Source of the DNA: Hypanus sabinus
Taxonomy: Eukaryota
DNA: 64,000 nucleotides
Direction of reading: 5' to 3'
NCBI RefSeq assembly: GCF_030144855.1
Contig: NC_082722.1
Coordinates: 1,612,001 to 1,676,000 of the forward strand
Each line of letters starts with the position of its first letter. The first letter of the stretch is position 1. The translations under genes and the position numbers were made by a program. Shown piece by piece: positions 23,783-34,300 of the stretch. The notes beneath the pieces are model-generated. The model was not told the origin of the DNA. It worked only from the letters and a program-made list of their open reading frames with translations, and searched no databases.

Positions 23783-26059
23783 TGTCATAATGAGGGGCGA
23801 AGGGAACGGACCCAAAAGCAAGACACAGACACTGAACTACCAGGAACAGGATCAGGCATGAGAAGGAAGCAAGGGAATTGAGGAAGAAAGGACGCTGGAC
23901 ATGACAATGACCCCAAACGAGACAAGGATTCCGGGCCTGGGCTAGGATTTGACGAGGATAGCGGATCCAGGACATGGAGCTGGGATCTGGGAGCCTGGGT
24001 TTGGACTCCGAGCCAGAGACTGGACAAGGACCCAGAATTCAGAGTCAGAGCCAGAGTCTCGGACGCCAGAACCACACGAGGACAAGACGTGGCTACAGGA
24101 TGAGGAGAGGCACAGGACTGGACGTGAGACTGCTGGACAGGACAAGGGAATCGCAGCACCGGGCTGGGCAAGGTACTCCTGAGCTGGGCGAGGCACATCG
24201 ACAAGAGGAGAACACAGAGCCCTAGTCGAGGGAGAACAGGAATGCAGAACACAGAGCCTGGGTCGAGGGAACATAGAAAATGGAACACTGAGTCGGCACA
24301 CCTCCTTGGGTACAGGAAATAGGGCCGGGACTCCATGTTTAAAATATTTTTTAAATTAAATTTTTGAATTACATAAAATGAATAGAATAATAAAGTAATG
24401 AAAATTAATATTAGCTCGCCCCCCTCCCCTTAACCCTTCCCCTTTTAACATCCCTGTCTAAAAAAGAAAATAAAAAATAAAGAAAGAGTGCCTGGATATC
24501 GGAGGATCCCCACATGCTCCATGGAGTTCAAAATAACTTTAGTATATACATTTTTTCCCCCAAATAACTAATAATTTTATCTTCAAAGGACCTATATATT
24601 TAGTCCTATCTTTTGTAGATAGGGGTGCCCAATTTTCAAAAATATATCATATTCATTTCTTAAATTATAAGTAATTTTTTCAAATGGATTACAACAATAT
24701 ATTTCGTTATTCCAGTGGTCCATAGTTAAGTATATATCTGATTTCCAAGTAACTGCAATATCTTTTTTGGCTACTGCCAATGCAAGTTTTATAAATTTTT
24801 TCTGATATTTATTCAATTTAGGTTTCGGTATTATCCCTAATAAAAATCATATTGGGCTATGTGGAAGTTGTATTCCAATAATTTGTTCCAGTAAAAGCCT
24901 TTGATTTATCCAAAAAGGTTGAATTTTAAAACAAGACCAAGTAGAATGTAAAAAAGTTCCGATTTCTTGATTACATCAGAAACATTGGTCAGATAAATTT
25001 GGGTTTAATCTATTTTTTTGTGGTGCAATATATAATTGATGTAAAATTATATTGTACTAATCTAACTCGAACATTTATTGTATTTGTCATACTATCAAGA
25101 CATAGTCTTGACCAATTTCTTCATCAATTTTAATATTCAAATCATTTTCCCATTTTTGTCTTAAATTATGAGTTCCTGGTTGAATTGTCTGTTTTTGTAT
25201 CAAATTATACATGCAAGACGTAAATTTTTTAATTTTTTCCTTTTTGAATTAAAGTGTCTATTTCATTAGGTTTTGGCACTAACATTGTTTGACTCAGTTT
25301 ATCTCTTAAACAGGCCTTTAATTGAAAATAACAGAAAGGAGTATTATTTGATACTTTATATTTATTCTTTAATTGATCAAATGACGTCAATATACATCCT
25401 TCAAAACAATCACCTATATATCTGATCCCGTTTTGAAACCAGTTATGTAAAAGTTGATTATCCAACGGGACTCCTTACACAGAACGTTGAACACGACGAG
25501 ACAGTTCCCAACGCTAGGTAGTGGCAAAATGCCTGGACCTACCTAGCGAAGGCGTGGACACGGACGGACATTTCCAAACAGGGCGAGGCTCTAGTCACAG
25601 GCAAGGCTCCAGGCGAGGCAAGGTGGGGCATCAGACACAGGTTGCAGGCAGAGCTTCGTAGAGAAGGAAAGGAGCAGTTCAGCCTCAGGGTAATGGCAAT
25701 GACGGCCTGACTTACCCAACGGAGGCAAGGACCAGGAGGGACAGATCCCACCATAGGTTAACAGCAAGGATGGCCTGACTTACCCCTCGGAGGCGAGGAC
25801 AGGATACCGACGGAACAAACCCACGCAGAGGCAAGAACATGATACCGACGAGACGAAGCCCACAGAGAAAAGGACAGGATACTGACAAGACGAACCAGAA
25901 ACCAGACTCGAGCCCAGGGCCACTTATATTCCCGGCCCCAAGGTGAGTATCAGGTGCCTACGATTAAGCCCAAATGAGTCAAGGGAACGCCAGAAAACCT
26001 GGAGTCTGGGTCCACGGACTGGATCATTCGCCAGAACACAGACATCATGGACCATGACA
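23783..26059. mobile_element. Solo LTR interrupted by an L1 fragment
   Basis: TGTCAT…ATGACA termini; 5-bp TSD tgaag / ggaag; homologous in inverted orientation to 56880-58095. Confidence 0.87.
24335..25465 (-). mobile_element. 5'-truncated L1 3' fragment
   Basis: LAVAKKDIAVTWKS…EKITY ORF2 C-terminus; A-rich tail; perfect 9-bp TSD cgggactcc (24326-24334 / 25466-25474). Confidence 0.9.
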
Positions 26060-27484
26060 GGAAGTTTGGAATGGGCCCCCAAATACTAAGAACTTTCTAC
26101 AGGGGCATAACTGAAAGCATCCTGACTGGCTGCATTTTTGCCTGGTATGGGAACTGTTACCTCTCTGAATTGCAGGACTCTGCAGAGAGTGGTGCGAACA
26201 GCCAACTTCCCATGATTCTGGACATTTACAAGGACAGGTGTGTAAAACGGGCCTGTAGGAGCACTGGAGACCCAAGCCATCCCAGCCACAATCTATTCTA
26301 GCTGCTACCATCCGTGAAGCGGTACCACAGCATAAAAGCCAGTACTAACAGGCTCAGGGACATCTTTTTCCACCAGGCCATCAGACTGCTGATCTGCGTG
26401 TACTCTATATTACATTGACTGTTCTATTTATTATAAATTATTATAAATTACTGGTTGAAGATTGCACATTTAAATGGAGACATAAGGTAAAGATTTGTAT
26501 TCCTCATTTGTGTGAAGGATGTAAGAAATATAGTCATTCAATTCATTTCAATAAACAAATGTTTCCATTTGCATCAAGTGGCTATATAGGAGCTCACAAC
26601 TTAAAAAGACAGTAGCCAATATATTGCACAAAACGTTCAGGTGATTATACTTTAGTGCGCGTGTTAGCTCAATGACACAAAGTAACTCTTCTAACAATAC
26701 TGCATTGTAGAACAAAGAAGGCAAACAAATACAGGAGTGTTCCAAAAAGGCCTTTTATATAGAATGCAAAATGATGTCGATGCTCAGCAGTTTGGATGTT
26801 GTAATCGATTCGCAGCCAACCGAAGTCACAGCAAAAACGAAGATACACTGTTGCGTGACACTAAATCTATTTTATGGAACTGATCAGTCAGTCTTTCCAT
26901 ACTATCTATAAATTTGTTTCTCTTGCTCATTTTAGGATTCAGTTGTCCTGCGGTTCTGAAGACTTGATTACTCTATTCCATGGGATGACGTTAACCTGGG
27001 AATCGACCTGAAGTTCGGCTCTCCTGCAGAGTGAATGATGCTCCGTCACGTGTTCAGCATCTTGGCTGAATTTGCAAAACCGCAGGATATCACTCTGAGT
27101 GCAACTTGGCCGTATTGCCCTTACGCATATCTCCGAGGCTTGCAATAAACAGCAAGCATAATTCGGCGCAAAAGGGCAAATTACTGTGTTGTGAATTGAC
27201 CGAATCATTGCTGGAGCGACTTTTTGCGGAGACCGAACGGTCTGCCTGGTCTGCCTCCAGAAGGCTGCGGAAGTTGATTCGAGACACACGAGACGCATCC
27301 CGCGAAGAGAAGTCGCTCCGGAGCGACTGTGTGTGCGCGAGTCTGAGCCCTTGTATTCCATTTGTGTGCTCGGGGGTTGCGGGCGGTGGGGGAGGGGGCG
27401 GTCTCTGGTATCATGCGTTACAGTTTCGTCGAGATATTGAGAACATAATTGACAACTTTTTAACAACTTTATCCATATTTTAAC

Positions 27485-27900
27485 CATCAACCCACAGCCC
27501 GGCCATAGCCTACTAGATCTCTCCCATCCATGTACAATCTCTAAATAGTTGTAGTTGAACCTGCATCCACCACCTCAGCTGGCAGCTCGTTCCATACTCA
27601 CACCGGAAGCAGAGTGAAGAAGTTCCCCCTCAAGACACCATTTATTATTTCACCTTTTATCCTTAACGTAAGACCTCTAGTTCTAGTCCCACCCAAACTC
27701 AGGGAAAAAGTCCTGGGTATATTTACCCCTTCTACATGTTTATACATCCATATTAGCTCCCTTCGTTCTGCTACGCTTCTTGGAATAAAGTCCTAAACTT
27801 ATCGATTCGCCTCTATAACACAGGTCTTCAAGTCAGAGCAACATCCTTGTAAATTTTCTCCACCCTCTTTCAAGCTTATTATGTCTTTCCTGTAGGCGAA
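27485..27900 (-). mobile_element. Degraded CR1 3' fragment
   Basis: agacctctagttctagtc and gtgaagaagttccccctca motifs typical of reversed CR1 C-termini. Confidence 0.7.
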
Positions 27901-29049
27901 TAGACTATACGCATACTCCAAATAATACCTTAGGAATATCTCATACACGTTGGCTCTAATTCACTCTGTGTCCGGGTCTTGCAGCTGCCGTACTTCCTGT
28001 GTGTTGTGGTCCAAATGGGCAGCGCGAGCTCCCGAACAGTTCTGTTCTGGCACAAATGCTGCCCGAAGAAGGACCGGCGCAAGCGCAGATGTGACAATTT
28101 TTGCCCTCTCGTCGCGGATTATACTTGGATACCGGGGACAAATAGTCCCGCTGGAGGCAGAGCGACCAATTAATGTTTGCTAGCAGTGTAAAGGTAAACG
28201 TGAACAAAATACATCGATGAAGAAGCATTAGATAGTCTACTTGGCAAATTATACAGGGCATCGTCTCGTCGAAGCGACATATCGTTTCTCCTTATAGTCA
28301 TTTCGTGGTCCAAAGTAACGAAGTGGAAGGGAAAGTCACGATGGCACGACTAATGGGTGATATATTATTCGGATATTGGGAGATTCTGCTGGAGTCTGTG
28401 CTTGTCAACCATTACGTGCTTATCAAACATTAAATCGCAGTTTGTTTAGAATTACACCCATGTGTCTGTTCCAAAGAGAATACACCAGATGCTTAACATA
28501 ATTGCAAACCGATTCAAGCTTTGAAAACATTTTCTTTCAATAATAGATGAACAACCCAAACTTCCACCTATTTTGCTGTATTCTTGATTGCAAATTACAG
28601 GTTCTGCTAATTCATTCGTAAAAGAATAACAGAAACGCACGGAAATGTGCAAACCGCGAGAAGCCCGCCATTCCTTGTGTACAGCTATAGGACATATTCA
28701 AACTCCATAATACTTTCCCGCTTAAGTAAGAACGTCTCAATGAGGTCCATTATGGAAATGTGGCCCACTACGTAACCGAATATCGTGACACTGTACGCCA
28801 AGTGGAACTTGTTTGAATCGTGGGTGGCTCGGTTATTCAGACAATGTACAGTATTCCCTGTATCCCCTGTATTATTCTTATCTTAATTTAGAGCCGCAGA
28901 TTTAAACGCACTCTGATCCAATGCATTTAGAAGCTCGTTTGCAGTCTCTCGAGTCGCGTAGGCGAAGATATTAAGTTGGTCTACATTTAAGGTTTTCCTT
29001 CTGAAGAATAGCAACGCGGTTTAAACACGACAGTAAGGAAAAACGCCAG

Positions 29050-29720
29050 TGAAAGATCGACGCTGTTGATTATACAGCTTAGTAAATGAGATAGCTATTA
29101 TTGTCCATTACTTGATCTGTTAACGAAAATAGGGAATGCTGGTTTGGGATTAGATCGGACCCGTGCGTAACGGTCCAATTGCTTATACTGTACGATCAAG
29201 GGTAAAATACAGTACACTATAACTGCCAACTCCCTCAACTGTGCAGATTTACAGAGCGATCTTAAGGTCAAAGTTCATAGCTTCTTGAAAGTGGCGTCAC
29301 AAGTTGATAAGGTGGCAAGGAAGGGAAAGAATGGACAGAACCGTGTTGATTTCTCTGTAGCAGAGAAGGCCGAAACCTAATAGACATTTATAAGATACCG
29401 AGAGTGGATAAGCAGCATCGGTTTTCCAGAGTTGAAACGTCCAAAACTAGAGGGTATACAATTCAGTTAAGAAAGGGTAAGTTGAAAGAAGATACGAGAA
29501 TGATGTCCGTTTTCACACAGACGTACAGTACTGGATGATTGAAATGCACTGCCGGGGGTGTTGATGTAGGCAGATAAGTAAGTTTATGTGCTGAGAGCAG
29601 AGGACATTGCGTAGACAGAAAGGATCTCGTTAGTTAGACCTCTAACTACTAGCTTTGTTAGTTGTGCACAATGTCAGGGACGAAATAGCATGCTCGGTGT
29701 TTTACTGTTCGAGATTCCGT
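29050..29720 (+). mobile_element. Degraded CR1 3' fragment
   Basis: ggtcaaagttcatagcttcttgaaagtggcgtcacaagttgataaggtgg; tail ctatgttctat. Confidence 0.7.
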
Positions 29721-30044
29721 GTTTCATGATCTATGTTCTATGGAACCAAGTGTCATAATCTAGAGACATCATTCGGAGTCAGAATGGAAGGAATTTCTGC
29801 AGAGACCTTGATTTTGTACAGACGCAAAATGCGGAACAAACCGCCGGAAGAGACATTATGAAAACCAGGTAACCTAGCAATAAATGAAACAGTTTTGCCG
29901 AACAAGTCCAACGGCCAACGAGAGATGCTTTATATGATACAAATATGATATAAGCTGCGATCGGACACTTAAATAGAGGATAAACAGGGAGGCCTGATGT
30001 GAAGACATAAATTATATAGGCAACACGAGTGAATCTGCAGATCC

Positions 30045-31130
30045 TGGAAATAAATAAAAACACAAAGTGCTCGCAGAACTCAGCAGGCCAGACAGCATCT
30101 TTGGGAGGAGATAGTGACGACGTTTCGGGCCGAAACCCTTCATCAGGAGTGAAGTAACATGGGATAGTCGAGGGGGGATAAGAAGTGGGGGGAGGGATAA
30201 AGTAGAGAACTGGGAAGTGATAGACTGGAGGGAAATAAGCTGGGGGAAGGTGGAGAATTATGGGAAATAAAAGAGAAAGAAAGGTAGGGCTGTGGGGAGA
30301 TTATAGTGAGGGGGGGGGGGGACAAAGAGAAAGAAAGAGAACCAGTCTAAAATAATAGATGGCGATGGGGGTAAAGGGGGTGGGCAGGGGTATCAACGGA
30401 GGTCAGTGAGTTGGATGTTAATGCCGGCAGGTAGGAGGCTACCTAGGCGGGAGATAAGGTATTGCTCCATCGACCTGCGTGTGGCATCATCTTGACGGTA
30501 GAGAAGGCCATGGACAGACATGTCAGAGTGGGAGTGGCCTGTGGAATTGAAGTGTGTGGCCACAGGGAGATCCTGCCACTGCTGGAGGACTGAGCGCCGG
30601 TGTTCGGCGAAACGGTCTCCCAGTCTGCGGCGGGTTTCCCATCCCAGGCCCCAGACAGTCCTTTCAGGTGAGGCACCACTTCACCTGCGAGTCATCTGGG
30701 GTGATATACTGTATCCGGTGTTCCCGATGTGGCCATTTATACATTGGGGAGACCTGCCGCAGACTGGGAGACCGTTTCGCCGAACGCCAGCGCTCAGTCC
30801 TCCAGCAGTGGCGGGATCTCCCTGTGGCCACACACTTCAATTCCACAGACCACTCCCACTCCGACATGCCTGTCCATGGCCTCCTCTACCGTCAAGATGA
30901 GGTCACACGCAGGTCGATGGAGCAATACCTTATCTCCCGCTAGCCCATTTCCCTCCAGCTTATCACTTCCCAGCTCTCTACTTTATCCCTCCCCCCCACT
31001 TCTTATCCCCCCCTCGACCATCCCATGTTACTTCACTCCTGATGAAGGGATTCGGCCCGAAACGTCGTCACTACCTCCTCCCATAGATGCTGTCTGGCCT
31101 GCTGAGTTCTGCCAACATTTTGTGTTTTTA
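30045..31130. mobile_element. Inverted pair of PLE 3' ends (minus copy ~30045-30635, plus copy ~30640-31130)
   Basis: GIY-YIG GVIYCIRCSRCGHLYIGETCRRLG; arms are near-identical reverse complements; each arm has the CTGATGA…GAAACGTC motif. Confidence 0.92.
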
Positions 31131-31272
31131 ATTGAATGATATTGTTCGGTTTTGGTTGGATCGAGTCCTATGTTGTGGGATAGTCTCCGAAGCTATTCCC
31201 GGGTGTGCCACATCTTCGAAAGTCTTTCTCGCAGGAGTGAGGACTCCGGAGCTTGTGTTGGCGTTGGGGGTT

Positions 31273-31365
31273 TTATGGGATGGTGTCGCTAGCCCTGTGC
31301 CCACTCCTTCTCCTTTCACAGCCGGGTTTGGTACCGTCTATGGCCGAGTCATTCCAACGGAACAG
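31273..31365 (-). CDS. Exon 5 (candidate): cytoplasmic tail [30 protein letters not shown]
   Basis: T-rich tract then tgcag| acceptor; phase 0 fits the TM donor; ATTAAA ~140 nt past the stop (31127-31132). Confidence 0.55.
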   Translation of the reverse strand: MFRWNDSAIDGTKPGCERRRSGHRASDTIP

Positions 31366-34300
31366 CTGCACATTGAATACCAAAAAAAAAACAAAGTCTT
31401 GGTTGCACATTCAAAAGGATACGCGCCGGGAACAGTAAAGGAACAATAAAGACACACGTTATCATAATAAAAAATGTGGAGAGGGACAGCACTCAAATGG
31501 GTGATTGAGTGCCATATCGCGAATAATCTGCTCGACTATCCCCAGTCCACGTTAAGGAAAGGATGGGCCTTTTGGGGAGAACGTGAGAGAGTTTTACCGA
31601 AATGTTGGAAATCACATTTGTTGATTGTCTGGATTAATTGTTTTTTTTTTCGATCGGGGACGGACGCGGCGTGATTTGACCAAATGACTGGAAATCACAA
31701 GTGAGCTAAAGACAATGATTATGTAAAGGTAAACTGCTCTAATTAGTCAGAATCGGAGAATTATAATGAAGCTGATTGGTAAAAGAACCGAAAAGATCGA
31801 GTAAATTAACCGACAAGAGTAATGCAAACAGAATATTTTGAGGAAAGGGCAAAGGGAAAAGTATTGGGACGATCTAGATCGCTTTTCCACACAGGCCGCA
31901 TGAATTCAATGGTCTGAATGCCCACCCTCTTCGATATCTTTCATGTTTTGATGAAATATCGATCAGAGTTGTTGAAATATACCTTCATTAAACAGGCCGA
32001 ATAGTCTGGGGCGATGGAGTGGAGTGCTGGCCATGCTAATCGAGTCTCACTACAGTAATATTATATCACTGCTCTTTTGCATACAAATCTCTTTTATTCC
32101 GCGCTTTTTAACTCCAGAGTCAATATCCAAATAGGGAAAATTCGAAGGTCTTGAAATTCGAAGGATCGGACCAAGAGTAAACAGAAATAATCATCAAAGC
32201 GTGGTACCGCAACAATTGGAGGCTTTTATGTGTTTTGATTCTCACAAATCATAGCGTATCATTTTTATTTAATTATCTTCAAAATTGATCTAAGCAATAA
32301 TAAAACGGAACTATTACCTTTACTTTAAAAAACAATATTCCAAAAATCAGAAATCCCATTCCGAACCAAACACATCGTGAAATCAGCAAGGTTTTGTCTC
32401 GATCTAGAACAAAGGATATAATAAGGAAGTGAATGCCCAAGCTATTACCAATTGTAATCGTATTGAAACGTTCCTTTCTAAAAACGTAGGGAATTAACCT
32501 TAATCCGAACGAAGTTTTACAATTATAGAATTGCAACGTTTGCAGATACAGTTGCAATGTCTAAACGTATTGTGACAGACACTTAGGTAGCTAAGGTGAA
32601 TAAGGCGTACAGAGGTGTGAGACTAATGCAGATAAATTAAATTTTCTTAGTTAGACAGCACAGTCAAGTGGCTTGAAAGGACGGTGTATGAGTCCATTAT
32701 GTTAATTTTTTTCTACGTTTAATTCTGATTAGCATCTTGTTCATAGCCTGAAGTTATTTGCATGTTTGAATCATGATTAGAACAGATGAATTAAATTGAG
32801 CAGAATTAAAGGAAACTGGAAACAGCAAACATTTATACCTGGGTTAACATCTGCCGAGGTGCCCAGCTATATAATTTGGAAAGAAAGGTAAAATGCGCCC
32901 TATTGGTTCGCTAATGACAAGCAACATATGGATTTGGAGAATTTTAATTTCGTGGAAAGATAAAAAAGAATTGTAATCGTTCGTGGCAGGCGTTTAATAT
33001 GATTGAATTGCTTTCCAGAACAAATGAACTGGTCCAGAAAGACGACAAATGCATAAACGGAGTTCCAAATGTTTCTGACAAGTATCACGCAGGAAATGTT
33101 TCATTGTTCCGTGAAGCCAAGAGTATCAAATCACTACTGTGCTTACAACCCGCTGAACATTCCAATTGTTTCTTTGTTTGAGTTGTTGAGGTTAATGACG
33201 GTTCTCTACAGATGAAAAGATACACCTAAGCTACAAGTGCGCAGAAACTCCAACTGAGAGCGATGATTATCTGGTTTATAAATGAGATGGAATTTCTCAC
33301 GAGAAATAAAGGTCGAGGTTGACAGACCAAAAAGAGAGGTAATGCTGCCATGCAGCATAGAAAGAGAAATGAAACAGTCTGGGAAAATGTGCGGATACGC
33401 GACGGGTAGAATGAATCCGTATGAATGTAGGGGAGATTGTAGGTAAAAACGGGATCACCAGGAACCCGGAAACCCTGCTCTGACAGCCGTGTCTTTGACA
33501 AGGACATCAAACAGTGTTTGGACTAAACTGAAATGGAGGCCGGTTTAATTAGGGTACCAAGACCTTGCAAATGCCAAAGAGCACGGAGTGCAGAAGTCCG
33601 ATAGGGCAGCAGGATTGAACCAGTCGGTTGCAGCACCGATCCATACCGCTTTTATATTCAGAACGGTTTTCGGCAGTTTCTGATAAAAAATAAACATGGC
33701 TCGAATATCCTCTGCCGCTAATCCGTCGGAGAGGCAGAAAATTCTGAAAATTAATCAGAATCCTAATGAAGGAATTTCTGCTGATAGACAGTTGTCACGT
33801 TTCAGAACTCGATGGATCCTTCATGTCTACGTTTGCCCAATAGTACACCGTTTATATTATGTATCTCTCATTGAGGACTCCTCTTATTATTCTGAGCTTA
33901 TAAATGTAGAGTCGCAGTGTGAATACGCTATATATCCTTTCCCACCCCAACATTATCAGATATATTTCTATTGCCATCTTGCTGGGCGAGGGTTTAAAGG
34001 AACTCCATTATCAATGGTGCAGATGGTGGACAAGTAATTAAATATGTAGGTTCTTTTTAACGGACAACAGAGCCACAAAAGATTTGAAAACAAATGATGC
34101 TGGATTCAAAATTCTAGTAAAAATGCAAAGTGGGAATTTCTGAGAATAAGTTGCATAAAGCACGGTGCTTCGTCAATAACTTCCAAAGTAACGCTCAAAG
34201 GCCAATTTTATGCAATTTTGTCAAATCCTTTTGGAGTAACAGGAAGACATTTCCTTTATAGCGATATCCTGAAAACCCGCTGCTATACCCCTGTTTCTCT

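Larger units (their letters stand above)
22596..26400 (+). mobile_element. Rex1/Babar-type LINE 3' part, interrupted by two LTR insertions
   Basis: WCQENNLSLNVAKTK (22.7 kb), SLKFLVIHITKDLTWS (23.67 kb), RKFGMGPQILRTFYRG (26.06 kb) are colinear pieces. Confidence 0.88.

Noticed and set aside
22757-24336. Several 110-212-aa ORFs on both strands
   Set aside because: They lie within GC-rich LTR sequence bounded by TSDs and show no protein motifs.
28452-28652. 66-aa minus-strand ORF with a hydrophobic end as a further receptor exon
   Set aside because: No recognisable domain and no partner exons.
33226-33510. Hydrophobic 94-aa ORF as the TM exon
   Set aside because: No suitable splice sites, and the hydrophobic run is broken; 32318-32403 fits much better.
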